A DNA stretch of 37,403 bases from an uncultured virus (IMG/VR IMGVR_UViG_2687453420_000004) (taxonomy: Duplodnaviria > Heunggongvirae > Uroviricota > Caudoviricetes), in IMG/VR virus record IMGVR_UViG_2687453420_000004; one strand, given 5' to 3'. Below the pieces are notes generated by a model. The model worked only from the letters and a program-made list of their open reading frames with translations. It had not been told where the DNA came from and ran no database searches. Numbering within the stretch: the stretch's first letter is position 1; each line of letters opens with the position of its first letter. Below, one piece after another: positions 17,620-27,881 of this stretch. The position numbers and the translations under genes are program-made.

Positions 17620-17896
17620 TTATATCACCATCATAGTTACTTAATTTGTCAAGTATGCTAGCTGTAATTCTATCCTGTTTGACACTTTGTGGTACTTCTG
17701 TACTTCTGTTTTCGTACATATCAGCACAAAGTTTCCTTTGTAGCAAACTAGCTAATTTAATCATTTTTTCATCTTGTTTATATCCTTCTCCTACCATAGA
17801 ATCTATATAAATTTGACTTATTTCCATTAATTCCTCTGGGAAACTATCAGATTCATCATCAACTATTATATAATCTTTTATTTCCTCAACCGTCAT
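17612..17896 (-). CDS. Head-tail connector (gp6/gp15-like)
   Basis: EEIKDYI and MYENR motifs; follows the capsid gene. Confidence 0.88.
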   Translation of the reverse strand: MTVEEIKDYIIVDDESDSFPEELMEISQIYIDSMVGEGYKQDEKMIKLASLLQRKLCADMYENRSTEVPQSVKQDRITASILDKLSNYDGDINV

Positions 17897-17941
17897 ATTA
17901 TCACCTGCTTATTAAAAGGGTAGCATTAAGCCACCCAATCA

Positions 17942-19018
17942 TTAAAATTCTATTTTCTTTATAGATCTCTTAGCTCCTAGAACTGGTACAAACCTTTCAA
18001 GGATTCTTAATTTTACCGTATCATCTTTAAACCCTGCTTCTGTACTTCTTGCGATAGTTACAGCTTTTCTATCGCAATATTTAACTGCTTCATTCATATT
18101 AGCTACATAAAATACTTGTGTTTTTCCCTCTGATACTGGTAATAAGATATCATCTACAGTAATAATTGGTTTCTCGTGGAAATACTCAACTCCGTTTATA
18201 TTTGTTATAAGGTTTAATGATCTACCTTGTTTATCTTTTTTGTTCTTTAATTCTACATATCCTGCCACATTAGTCAAGGTAACTAATCCAGCTTTTATAG
18301 AAGGTAAAGACCCATCAATAGCTTTCTCTACATCTTCATAAGAAGTCACCCCAACAACCTCAGTAGCATTGTCCTTTATTACTTTCAATATTTTAGCATT
18401 TTCTTTAACTGTTGCTATATTAGCAAAGTTCTTTTTAACTAAACCTTCCATTTCAACTTCTGCATCATCTACAGTTTCAGACGCTAAAGATTGAATTAAA
18501 CCTACTTTAGCACACTTAAAAGGTACATCAGTAGTTACAAGTGTTCCATCTACTATATCTTCGCCCTCTGCAACATCTGCCATTTCGTTCTGATCTAGGT
18601 CAATAACTGGTATAGTACCTTCATTTTTTGTAACTGGTATAACATCACATAACCCTTTCAGTGAGCCAAAACCTTTTTGTATTTCAATTAATTTATTTAC
18701 GAATTGCTTTGGAATAACTGCAGCATTATCTACAGATTTTATATTTGCTCTTTCTTCTGTCGTTGTTTCCTCTCCCATTACTGTTTTAACTATAGCCCTA
18801 AACTCATTGTTCTCTTCTGGTTGAGTTTTCTTTTTTCTTTGATTTTCTAGATCTCTTTTTTCCTCTTCCTCTAGTTCCTCTGCTGCCTTAATTAACTTTT
18901 CTAGACCTCTCTTTTCTTCCATTGCTTTTTCAGCTTCAATTACTTTTTTATCCTTTATAAATTCTCTAATTTCTACCTTCTTAGCTTCTAATTGAGCTCT
19001 TAATTCTTCTAATCCCAT
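17942..19018 (-). CDS. Major capsid protein (HK97 fold with delta domain)
   Basis: Coiled-coil N-terminus, AVIPKQF and KDKQGR motifs; follows the protease gene. Confidence 0.93.
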   Translation of the reverse strand: MGLEELRAQLEAKKVEIREFIKDKKVIEAEKAMEEKRGLEKLIKAAEELEEEEKRDLENQRKKKTQPEENNEFRAIVKTVMGEETTTEERANIKSVDNAAVIPKQFVNKLIEIQKGFGSLKGLCDVIPVTKNEGTIPVIDLDQNEMADVAEGEDIVDGTLVTTDVPFKCAKVGLIQSLASETVDDAEVEMEGLVKKNFANIATVKENAKILKVIKDNATEVVGVTSYEDVEKAIDGSLPSIKAGLVTLTNVAGYVELKNKKDKQGRSLNLITNINGVEYFHEKPIITVDDILLPVSEGKTQVFYVANMNEAVKYCDRKAVTIARSTEAGFKDDTVKLRILERFVPVLGAKRSIKKIEF

Positions 19019-19066
19019 TATCTGTTCACCTTTCCTTTACTAATTTTTTGTATAAAAAAAGAACTG

Positions 19067-19663
19067 TTATAATTCCAGTTCTAAATTTAATAATTTAAGT
19101 TTTAATTCTCTTTCTTCATTTTCTTTAGTTTTAACTTCTTCAATAGAAATTTCAACATTATCGGCCACAGCCCTTTGTTCAATATTAATTTCTATATTAT
19201 CTCTATTCTCTATGGAAGTTCCAAAGTATGCTGGTGTTCTAGTGTCATCTAGTACTGATACTTCGGTTACATCTATCTCCTCTAAGTATCTTCTATCCAC
19301 TCCACTATCAGATTTCCCCCAACTATCTTTTATCTTAGAAAATCCAAAACTCCAACCTGTTAATTCATTATTTTCAGCCTTTTTTATTACTTCTTTATCA
19401 TATACTCTAGCTTCTGCATAAAGACCTATATTGTCCTCTATTAACTTTAACGTTTTTTCTTTTGTTGAGGCTAACTTTCTATTTTTATTGTGATTTAGTA
19501 GCATAGGTATATCATCTTTTTTAGATATTGCATTTTTCCATGTTCCACTTCTAACCTGTTCCACGAAACCACCTTTAGCAGTTGTCATTTCTCTACTATC
19601 TCTTTCAACTGCATTTATATAGCCTTTTATAATTGCGTGGTCACTTCTTATCTCTACCCTCAC
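19067..19663 (-). CDS. HK97-family prohead protease
   Basis: LLNH, GWSFGF and EVSVL..PAY motifs. Confidence 0.93.
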   Translation of the reverse strand: MRVEIRSDHAIIKGYINAVERDSREMTTAKGGFVEQVRSGTWKNAISKKDDIPMLLNHNKNRKLASTKEKTLKLIEDNIGLYAEARVYDKEVIKKAENNELTGWSFGFSKIKDSWGKSDSGVDRRYLEEIDVTEVSVLDDTRTPAYFGTSIENRDNIEINIEQRAVADNVEISIEEVKTKENEERELKLKLLNLELEL

Positions 19664-20888
19664 TTACATCACTTCCTTTCTTTTTTATATAACTTACATC
19701 TCCATTAAGTAAATCTCTTAACAGCACTTGTCCTGAAGGTAATGTTATTATAATTTCTCCACCTATTTTTTCTACTCCTAAAACATCCCTTGCTTTATCT
19801 AAATCATAAATTCCATTTTTTACATAAGTACTTATTACCTCAGCTTGTGTTTTACTATCTGTTCTAAGCAATACATTTATATTGAATCTTATTTTATATC
19901 CTAGTTTTCTTTCTGTATCAGTTAGTAGTTTCCAATCCATTTCCTGTTCTATCTGTTCAAATATAACAAGTAAACACTCACCTAAATATTTTATATTGTC
20001 TTGTTCTTCAGACCTAGCATTTTCTTTTACGAATCCTAATTTTGTTAAAGGTACTCTAAAAGACATTGCTATTTCTTCTTTAGACAACTTTCTTAATTCT
20101 GTATATTGTGCATCTGATAAACTTAAATTTAATGGCTGTATATTATAGCCTGCTGGAATAGTAAATATCTTACCATTATTTGAATAAACTCTATCAAATT
20201 TAGCTTGTACCTTTTTTAACTCTTTTTCCTCTTTAATATCTGAGGTCATTTGCACAACAATTTTATTAGTTAATCCATTAGTAAACAGCTTGTTTAAATA
20301 ATTTTGACTTTTTAAGCTACTATCTAAGCTTTCTGATAAAATACTTCTATTTGCTTTGCCCTTTATTCCATCAAGTGTAAAATCTCTTAGGATAATTATA
20401 TCTTTATCAAAACAACAACTTGTTTCACCATCTACCCCTTCAAAATCCCATAGAATTTTATTATTCTTAGTGCTATTAATTAATCCTGTATTATCAATTG
20501 TACAATTAGTTATTTTAACAGGATATAAACCTTTTACCTTTCCTCTTTGCCTATCAATAAAAAGTCCTGCATATCCCCAATGTTTAGCTAACGCTACAAA
20601 AGCTTTATAACAATCTATAGCACTCATATAAGGATTAGGTCTTAATCTTAATAAATCATATAAATAATGTTCTTTTGCTAATACTTCTCCTTTTTCAGTT
20701 TCTTTTTTTATTTGTAATGTACACTTTGCAATGTCTTGAGATATATTATTTATACAACTAAAATATGTGCTTTCCCTCATTTCAAGTTCAAAAGGTGTAA
20801 TATCAAATCCATTTTCAAAAGAATACACTGACTTCCAATCATTTACGTCAACTGCTTCTCTTCTTTCAATTAATTTATCAAAAATCAC
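19641..20888 (-). CDS. HK97-family portal protein
   Basis: LLRLRPNPYMSA, EIAMSFRVP and LLRTD motifs. Confidence 0.95.
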   Translation of the reverse strand: MIFDKLIERREAVDVNDWKSVYSFENGFDITPFELEMRESTYFSCINNISQDIAKCTLQIKKETEKGEVLAKEHYLYDLLRLRPNPYMSAIDCYKAFVALAKHWGYAGLFIDRQRGKVKGLYPVKITNCTIDNTGLINSTKNNKILWDFEGVDGETSCCFDKDIIILRDFTLDGIKGKANRSILSESLDSSLKSQNYLNKLFTNGLTNKIVVQMTSDIKEEKELKKVQAKFDRVYSNNGKIFTIPAGYNIQPLNLSLSDAQYTELRKLSKEEIAMSFRVPLTKLGFVKENARSEEQDNIKYLGECLLVIFEQIEQEMDWKLLTDTERKLGYKIRFNINVLLRTDSKTQAEVISTYVKNGIYDLDKARDVLGVEKIGGEIIITLPSGQVLLRDLLNGDVSYIKKKGSDVSEGRDKK

Positions 20889-20894
20889 TTATGT

Positions 20895-21113
20895 TCACCT
20901 CTTTTCACCTCGATTTCCTCTAAATTTATATAAAAATATACTAAAAGCTATTAGAATGATACCTAAAAAATACAGTCCAAAGTATAAGTTCACCTTAAAA
21001 TTGGTGTAAATAATGATAAGAAATCCAATAAAAAAGACCATTTCCATGATAAAAATATCATTTAAAATAGTCTTGTTAAGTAATTTATTAAGTTTTTTCT
21101 TCATTTTTATCAC
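20895..21113 (-). CDS. Small two-TM protein between TerL and portal
   Basis: Hydrophobic ORF in a commonly conserved position. Confidence 0.7.
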   Translation of the reverse strand: MIKMKKKLNKLLNKTILNDIFIMEMVFFIGFLIIIYTNFKVNLYFGLYFLGIILIAFSIFLYKFRGNRGEKR

Positions 21114-21120
21114 CTTCTTT

Positions 21121-22815
21121 CTACCAATCTGTTTTTTCTAATTCATCCACTGGATTATAATTTGTATCTCCTCCTAATAATTCTGTAAAAGCAAATATTA
21201 AAACTACAACCATATCAATTCTTTGCTTATTTTTATTTTCCTTAATAAGCATTTCATCATCAGCTTTGCCCTTAGTAGTACTTGCTTTATTCATATTCCA
21301 GTCAAGAAGTTCATTTTTAACATATCTTATCTTTTTATCATATACAGCTTTTCTATATTCCTTTGTGGCAGGGCTTAAATTAGTAAAAGTTTGCTTTAAT
21401 AGTACAACATCATAATCCTCTGCAAGCCTTTCCATCATTTCTTTTGCATTCATTGGATCTGTTACTATTACCTCAATTTCACATTCATATTCAGTTTCTA
21501 TATTTCGTATATATTCTTCAACCTTCGTATAACTTACTGTCATTCCTGAATGAATATCACAATAACCTGCTTTTTCATATTTTCTATAATCTATATGCTT
21601 TTCTCTTCTATTAGGTAAACTATCTTCTGGCAAAAATCCATGTGAATTGCAATAAATTATGCCTTCATCTTCAAACTCTATCCCTACTGCTGTCAAGTCT
21701 GTAGTTACTGATAAATCAACCCCAACTTTAACCTTTTTTCCTTTAATTCTTTGCTTAAATTCTTCCTCAGTAATAACCCACTTTTTCCAGTGCTTTATAT
21801 CAAGATATTTATTTTTCTCATTAGTTTCAAGAAATATATTAAAGTTTTTGGTCAATAATTCTTCCTGTTCACTTGTCTTTATTTTAGCCTTTTCCCTGTC
21901 TGCTCTAATCTCTTCATAGTTTTCTTCAACTCTTAGAGGATTGGCTTTATATAATCCTCTATCTGTCCAAGCTTCTTCTTTTGTACAATAATATAACAGA
22001 CAAAATAACTTTGGATCAGCAACAACTCCATTTAATACGGCTCTATCATATTCTAATTCTTCCAACATAATTGAATCACTTTCAGCATAAGCAGTAGTTG
22101 TTTGCATTTGAATTGGATTTAATACACTTAACTGACCTTTTCTCATTGCCTGAATATTATCATTTGTTGTAAAAGCTCCTACTTCATCAGCAACAAAACA
22201 TGCAGGTCTTATAGAGTTGTTTTTATTTGCTTTTGCAGTCCTCGGAACATAATAACTATTAGTTATTAAACATTTAATTATACCTATTTCACTATCTGAT
22301 ACAAAAAAATGTTTTTTAATATCTGGACTTGATGCAATTAATTGTGCCATAGCTTTTCTTGTTTCTTTTGCCAAATCCCTATCTATACATATACTATAGA
22401 ATTCGCTAAAATTTTGTTCTGTAAGCATTAAAAGGAGGATTACTAAAGCTGCTATAAAACTCTTTGCATTTTTACGAGGTATAAATAAAACTATATCTCT
22501 ATATCTAAACTTCTTTTTATTTTTCTTATATCTCCATCCAAAAATGGCAGCAATAAATAAAGCTTGAAACCCTTCTAAATTTTCTAATACTTGTTTACCA
22601 GCCACAAATCCAGTAGCATAATTAAACAATTTCAAAAGATTATTTATTTTTTTAAGTTTTTTTTCACTAAAGCAAAATTCAAACCCTTTTTTATATTGAT
22701 TTATATTATAATCACATAAAAACATTTCACATTGTTGCTTCACTTCATCAGTCGTAATCTCTTTTTCTTCAATAACATCATTACAATATTTTAAAGCTTT
22801 ATCTAGAAGTATCAA
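21121..22815 (-). CDS. terL: Terminase large subunit
   Basis: IPRKNAKS Walker A, VADE Walker B, TTTA, GVDLS..DLTA and RID motifs. Confidence 0.96.
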   Translation of the reverse strand: MILLDKALKYCNDVIEEKEITTDEVKQQCEMFLCDYNINQYKKGFEFCFSEKKLKKINNLLKLFNYATGFVAGKQVLENLEGFQALFIAAIFGWRYKKNKKKFRYRDIVLFIPRKNAKSFIAALVILLLMLTEQNFSEFYSICIDRDLAKETRKAMAQLIASSPDIKKHFFVSDSEIGIIKCLITNSYYVPRTAKANKNNSIRPACFVADEVGAFTTNDNIQAMRKGQLSVLNPIQMQTTTAYAESDSIMLEELEYDRAVLNGVVADPKLFCLLYYCTKEEAWTDRGLYKANPLRVEENYEEIRADREKAKIKTSEQEELLTKNFNIFLETNEKNKYLDIKHWKKWVITEEEFKQRIKGKKVKVGVDLSVTTDLTAVGIEFEDEGIIYCNSHGFLPEDSLPNRREKHIDYRKYEKAGYCDIHSGMTVSYTKVEEYIRNIETEYECEIEVIVTDPMNAKEMMERLAEDYDVVLLKQTFTNLSPATKEYRKAVYDKKIRYVKNELLDWNMNKASTTKGKADDEMLIKENKNKQRIDMVVVLIFAFTELLGGDTNYNPVDELEKTDW

Positions 22816-23279
22816 TCTTCATCATCTTCTCTTAAGGCTTTTAATAATGGATCCTCTTGTTCTTCCTTATTGTTCAATGCTAAGTTTCCAAGTTTTGCTC
22901 TACTCTGTGGAGATAAACTTAATTCATTACAACATCTATATAAATCCTTAGTATATTTATCTTTAGCTGACATTAAATCCTTATTGCATAAACTACCTAA
23001 ATTTTTATTTATTATTGTTTCTATAGTTCTTAATCTATCTACTGATATTGCACATGTAGATAAAATATAGACATCTAGATTAGTTAATATTCCAGTCATT
23101 TTTAATTCTTCTACAATAAATTTATATATATTTTTTTGTTTTTCTGAAAGATATTCTGGAGGCTTCTCAATTTTATCAGCTAGACTTTTTATTCTTTCTT
23201 CTTTTTCTTTTCTAGCTTCAATTTCAGCTTTTGTATTATGTCTACTTTGACTGTCTATTACTTTGCATGGTCTAGCCAT
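22812..23279 (-). CDS. terS: Terminase small subunit, P27 family
   Basis: MARP, PPEYLS and ELSLSPQSRAKL motifs; start after the AAGGTG RBS. Confidence 0.9.
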   Translation of the reverse strand: MARPCKVIDSQSRHNTKAEIEARKEKEERIKSLADKIEKPPEYLSEKQKNIYKFIVEELKMTGILTNLDVYILSTCAISVDRLRTIETIINKNLGSLCNKDLMSAKDKYTKDLYRCCNELSLSPQSRAKLGNLALNNKEEQEDPLLKALREDDED

Positions 23280-23397
23280 ATTTTTCACCTTCTTTACTTT
23301 AAGTTTTAAAACTTTCATTTTGGGAATTTTATGCGACTGAGAGGGCACCAGGGACTTTCTAAGTTTGTATAAAAATTTTCAACCCTCCCCCCGGGTA

Positions 23398-23826
23398 CTA
23401 ATAAAATTCTTTATTAAACTTTTTTATTAAATCTTTTAAAAATTTTTCTATCATGATTTTATCTTTATCGCTCTTATTCATTAATGTATGCACTCTAATG
23501 TGGTTCTCTTGTGTTAGTCCTATTAGGTTACTACTATCTAATCTCTTAGACCAATCACTCTTAATAGGTTCAATGTGATGGTAAGTCTCTGCTTGTACTA
23601 TGTTTCCTTTAGACCACTCAATTAAATCTAATCCAAATTGATGAACTGCTACGCTATCTCTACACCTTATCCATGTTGTACTAGAATAGAAAGACTGTTC
23701 TTTCTTATCGTTCCTATTCATTCTATACTCTTTATATCTTTCTTTTCTCCTCTTCTCTTCACACTTACACAAAGTACCTTCTAATACTTTCTTACCGCAT
23801 TCAGTACATTTTCTATATATAGGCAT
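23398..23826 (-). CDS. HNH endonuclease (packaging-associated)
   Basis: FYSSTTW..R, HHIEP and NLIGL..NH..VH motifs; upstream of terS. Confidence 0.85.
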   Translation of the reverse strand: MPIYRKCTECGKKVLEGTLCKCEEKRRKERYKEYRMNRNDKKEQSFYSSTTWIRCRDSVAVHQFGLDLIEWSKGNIVQAETYHHIEPIKSDWSKRLDSSNLIGLTQENHIRVHTLMNKSDKDKIMIEKFLKDLIKKFNKEFY

Positions 23827-24317
23827 TATATATCTATAACCTTTGAGTTAACTTCTTTTTCTTTAAGCTTAGTAAGCTTTTTATCATTAGCAGTTTTGTG
23901 TGGATCTTCTTTCCACTTAGCTTTCTCTTTATTGTTCAACCAATACTTTTCTGCATTTAACTCAGGGCCTCTATATTTTTTAACTTTACTGATAATAACA
24001 TCTTCATTTGTTATTATTTGTCCATCAACTACATCTTCTGTTTTAACTTTTGTTACTACTTCTTCATAGTAATGATATCCAATACAACATTTATACAATG
24101 CCTTTTCAACTTCCTGGTTCTTCTTATCTTTTGCCGTAGCAATTCGGCTCTTAAGTGCTACGTTAGTACTCTTATATTTCCTATATGTGGAATATGCAAT
24201 TCCTAACTTTTCAGCTATTTCCTTATCCGTGTTATTACTTTCAACCCATTGCTCTATCTCATCTAGACGCTTTTCAATTATGTCTTCAAAGCTATCACTT
24301 CTTGCCAATTTTTTCAC
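23826..24317 (-). CDS. HTH protein resembling another terminase-small-subunit-like family
   Basis: DKEIAEKLGIAYSTY HTH, VEKALYK..IGY.Y.E and P...A.KYWLNNK motifs. Confidence 0.6.
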   Translation of the reverse strand: MKKLARSDSFEDIIEKRLDEIEQWVESNNTDKEIAEKLGIAYSTYRKYKSTNVALKSRIATAKDKKNQEVEKALYKCCIGYHYYEEVVTKVKTEDVVDGQIITNEDVIISKVKKYRGPELNAEKYWLNNKEKAKWKEDPHKTANDKKLTKLKEKEVNSKVIDI

Positions 24318-24605
24318 CTCATTATCGTAGCACTTGCTTTGTAAAGTGCTACGCTATTTTTTTATATTTCCTAACTTTTTAAATTTACTGTAAAAATATA
24401 AAATAGCATTTATTAACAAAACACTTGCTAAGTATTGATATATCTAGCTTTACTATGTATCATCAAAATAAGGTCGAATGTTTAATTATATATGTGAATA
24501 GCACATTCATTTTAAAAATTAACTTCTAATATATGCACTTAATTTTATACCTTCAATACTTACTATATATTTTTTTAAACATTGATTAATAAAAAAAATA
24601 AAATA

Positions 24606-25211
24606 TCATCTGATATATTCCTCTAATGATTTTGAATACTGATGATATTTTTCTTTATCTAGTCCTATATATTTTTTAGTTTCTTCTATACTTCTGTGCC
24701 CTAATAATTCTTTAACTGCAACTATATTTTTATCACTTTCCATGTATATTTTATATGCATAAGTCTTTCTCATACTATGTGCAGTTATATCATGTAAGTC
24801 AAAATATTCTCCTGCCTCTTTTAATATATTGCTTACTGCTTGTACTCCTATATGCTGATTAATACCTTTTCTAGATTGGAATACATATTCATAATCTTTT
24901 TTATTTTTAATCCAACCTTTTAATATTTTAGCCAGCTTAGGAATTACTTCAACTGATCTTGGTTTTTTATTTCTCTCTTTTATGTTTTTACAATTCATTT
25001 TCTTTCCTTCATAAATTGTAAATTCATTTCTTTTTAAAGCTTCTTTAATATCTCTAACTTTTAATTTAACTAAGTCACCTGCTCTATACCCTGTTGTAAT
25101 CCCTAGTATAAATAACACATAATCTCTTTCATTTTTATATCTGAGATAGTCTTGTATATCCAATACTTTAGTTGTACTAGTAATTGGTTTAGCAGGCCTT
25201 TTTATCCCCAA
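24606..25211 (-). CDS. Small tyrosine recombinase (catalytic domain only)
   Basis: TGYRAGD, HSMRKT, LLGH and Y catalytic residues all present. Confidence 0.92.
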   Translation of the reverse strand: MGIKRPAKPITSTTKVLDIQDYLRYKNERDYVLFILGITTGYRAGDLVKLKVRDIKEALKRNEFTIYEGKKMNCKNIKERNKKPRSVEVIPKLAKILKGWIKNKKDYEYVFQSRKGINQHIGVQAVSNILKEAGEYFDLHDITAHSMRKTYAYKIYMESDKNIVAVKELLGHRSIEETKKYIGLDKEKYHQYSKSLEEYIR

Positions 25212-25424
25212 CTATCTCACCTGCCTTAATACACCTTTAATTCTTCTATAACTTCTTTCTTGCATACATTCTTTTAAATTATCTGCTATATTTTCTCTCT
25301 TAACTCTTCTACTAGAACAATAAGGACACACTAAGTATCCTTTTATATTTTGTAATTCTTCTGTTAATAATACAAATTCTTTATTACAACAAATGCACAT
25401 ATAGCTTGTATACATACTTAGCAT
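25212..25424 (-). CDS. Small zinc-ribbon protein
   Basis: CxxC...CPYC. Confidence 0.75.
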   Translation of the reverse strand: MLSMYTSYMCICCNKEFVLLTEELQNIKGYLVCPYCSSRRVKRENIADNLKECMQERSYRRIKGVLRQVR

Positions 25425-25641
25425 ATCCTCACATCCTTTTTTATATAATCTCCTGTACTTTTACAGGTATGTAAAAAGCACCTGGATTATAGATTAAAAA
25501 TCTCCAAGTGCTTTTTAGTACATACACAATATATTATATATTTTTTTATTTTAGCAGTTGCCTTACTATACGATAAAACCCCTGCGTGGGCTTTTAACCC
25601 TTATATCATATATTATATTATATTTCTTACTATTGCATTAA

Positions 25642-25672
25642 AATTGTCTGTAATTTGTCTGTAATTTGTCTA
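25642..25672. repeat. Three tandem copies of about 11 bp (AATTTGTCTGT), candidate late-activator binding site
   Basis: Directly downstream of the ArpU-like gene. Confidence 0.65.
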
Positions 25673-25682
25673 ACTTTTTTTA

Positions 25683-26078
25683 TTATCTTAAATATCCTAT
25701 TGCTACCATAAATTTTTTTAATGCCCTGTTCCTATAATAATAAAATTTATTTTTATCTATGTTTAATTCTTTTAATAATTCTTCTCTAGAATTATTATCT
25801 CTAAAATACCATTCTTCAATTATTTTTTTACTCGTAGGATCTAAGTGTTTTAATACTTTACTTATAATATCAACTTTCCATCTTCTTTCCATATCTTTTA
25901 TCATATCTTCTTCAACAGTACTTGTTTTAAAGTATCCACTTTGACTTACTTGTCCTTGTCCCCATCTATTTGGTGAACCTAAACCTGGAGTTTCTATAGC
26001 CAACAGCCAATATGGATAATTTCTTAAATCATTCTCTACACTTTTTTTATGTCTCTCATAAATTTTTTTATTCATCAT
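25683..26078 (-). CDS. ArpU/RinA-like late transcription activator
   Basis: LRNYP, STVE and a sigma-4-like HTH ending FYYYRNRALKKF. Confidence 0.8.
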   Translation of the reverse strand: MMNKKIYERHKKSVENDLRNYPYWLLAIETPGLGSPNRWGQGQVSQSGYFKTSTVEEDMIKDMERRWKVDIISKVLKHLDPTSKKIIEEWYFRDNNSREELLKELNIDKNKFYYYRNRALKKFMVAIGYLR

Positions 26079-26238
26079 AGTTCTTTGTTGCTCCTTTCTT
26101 TATGCCACAAACATCATTCTCACCACAATATTCACAATTAAATTTACACATTGAATTTTCTTCTTTATCTATCTTTTTAAATGCCACTAACCATATAAAA
26201 GTTAATATTGCAATAGCTCCTAATATTTTATTTAACAC
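26068..26238 (-). CDS. Unannotated 56-aa membrane-anchored Cys-containing protein
   Basis: GGAGGG RBS and GTG start; MLNKILGAIAILTFIWLVAF...CKFNCEYCGENDVC. Confidence 0.65.
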   Translation of the reverse strand: MLNKILGAIAILTFIWLVAFKKIDKEENSMCKFNCEYCGENDVCGIKKGATKNYDE

Positions 26239-26249
26239 AATGCTCCCTC

Positions 26250-26399
26250 CTAGAACTGACCATTTTTTCTATTTCTTGATTTCTCAATACTCTTAATCCT
26301 TAAATCTGCAATATCTGAATATAATAATCTTTTCTTATATTCTTTTTGCTTTAATCTTAAATTTGCATAATCCATGAATCTTTTTTTATTTTCCTCCAT
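26250..26399 (-). CDS. Unannotated 49-aa basic protein
   Basis: GAGGTGG RBS; MEENKKRFMDYANLRLKQKEY... Confidence 0.6.
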   Translation of the reverse strand: MEENKKRFMDYANLRLKQKEYKKRLLYSDIADLRIKSIEKSRNRKNGQF

Positions 26400-26571
26400 G
26401 ATTACCACCTCTTACTTTTCTTTTTACCCTACCTAGTTTCATCCTTTTCTTATACAAGATGTTTCTATTCTTAACTCTTTTTTTATATCTTTTCAAAGGC
26501 TTGTCTTTTTCTTTTAAATACTTTTTAATATTCTCTAATGCTCTATCTAATATTTCATCTATCCAACTCAA
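26386..26571 (-). CDS. Hypothetical basic protein
   Basis: Coupled to its neighbours. Confidence 0.65.
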   Translation of the reverse strand: MSWIDEILDRALENIKKYLKEKDKPLKRYKKRVKNRNILYKKRMKLGRVKRKVRGGNHGGK

Positions 26572-27281
26572 GCTATCACCTGCCTAATTCCACATATAGG
26601 AATAGGTATATATCTATTTCCCTCAATTATGTTGCAAGTATATCTATTATTATAAATGTGGACTACTTTTCCCTGTATAATGTCATCTTTATATTCTGTT
26701 TCAACTATATTACCTAGCTTTAAAGTTTTTCTAAGATCTTCATTTATACTATTTGCATTTATTTTTTTGTACTTTTCTATATCTACTATCTTTATGTTGT
26801 CATATTCCAATATCCAGCCATTTTCTATTACACTTATTACTTTATTGCCCTGATTAAAAATTATATTTTCGTCTCCTGGTCTTTTTAGAGCCTGTCCTTT
26901 TATTTTCTTTATTTTTTCTTTCTGTATATTATTTATTTCTAAATCTTCTCTAAAATAAATAATCTTATCCCAAGGCAGAACACTTGATTTCTTCTTAATT
27001 ACAAATTCTTCTTCACCTTTTTTATTTACATAAATTGTTTCAAATCTATCTTTATACTTAACTTCTATCCCTAAAGCTCCACCAACATATCCTATTATTC
27101 TATTTAGATTCTCATATGTTTTATATTTTGCTATTATTTTTGTTTGATCTATATTGTCTATTTTTATTTCTTTATTTTCTAATTTTATAACTGGTTTATC
27201 ATTACCTTTCTTAATTGTCTTATTTATTTCCCAAATACTTACCTGCCCATCAATCAAGACATTTTCCTGTTTTTTAGCCAC
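26568..27281 (-). CDS. Hypothetical phage protein
   Basis: 237-aa ORF; GGGGGTG RBS; N-terminal DGQVSIW motif. Confidence 0.8.
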   Translation of the reverse strand: MAKKQENVLIDGQVSIWEINKTIKKGNDKPVIKLENKEIKIDNIDQTKIIAKYKTYENLNRIIGYVGGALGIEVKYKDRFETIYVNKKGEEEFVIKKKSSVLPWDKIIYFREDLEINNIQKEKIKKIKGQALKRPGDENIIFNQGNKVISVIENGWILEYDNIKIVDIEKYKKINANSINEDLRKTLKLGNIVETEYKDDIIQGKVVHIYNNRYTCNIIEGNRYIPIPICGIRQVIA

Positions 27282-27393
27282 TTATAACACCCCTTCTTAA
27301 TGTTATACGGTTCTAATATACTAGTACAGTTAAGGTGCAAGAATATGCATTTTAATCCTTACACCTATTTACTTTTATTTCTCGAATTATAAT

Positions 27394-27825
27394 TTATAAT
27401 CTTCCTAATTTTTTTGTTTTTTCATATAGCTTTTGTCTATTTATAACCCGTTTTTTATATTTAGATTGCTTTTCATTCATATTATCTTTTATATAGTTGT
27501 AAAGGCTTTGTATTATATCTATAGGTACATACCCCGCAACCATTCCATCATATAATTGTAAAAATTTATTTCTATGTTTCCAGTTATTAAAAAAGGTATC
27601 TTCTTCTAAGTCAACCCATGCATCCTTATTAAATATTGCTACTTCCATTTCTTTATATTTATATAAATCAGTAATTGTCTCTCTTGGTGTACAATAATGA
27701 AATTTTGAAGCTTGGATAGACAACTCATATTCTCCAATTTTTATGCGTTCCATTATTCTGTTTTTTAAATGAAATGTTTTTTCAATACAATCTCCATTTA
27801 ATAATTTTCTAAAATTATTATTCAT
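27394..27825 (-). CDS. Hypothetical protein
   Basis: AGGAGG RBS; LSIQASKFHYCTPR...VAGYVP. Confidence 0.8.
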   Translation of the reverse strand: MNNNFRKLLNGDCIEKTFHLKNRIMERIKIGEYELSIQASKFHYCTPRETITDLYKYKEMEVAIFNKDAWVDLEEDTFFNNWKHRNKFLQLYDGMVAGYVPIDIIQSLYNYIKDNMNEKQSKYKKRVINRQKLYEKTKKLGRL

Positions 27826-27881
27826 ATTGGCCTCCTATTATTTATTAGATTCTCTCTCATTTATTTCATTCCTGAACCTTA

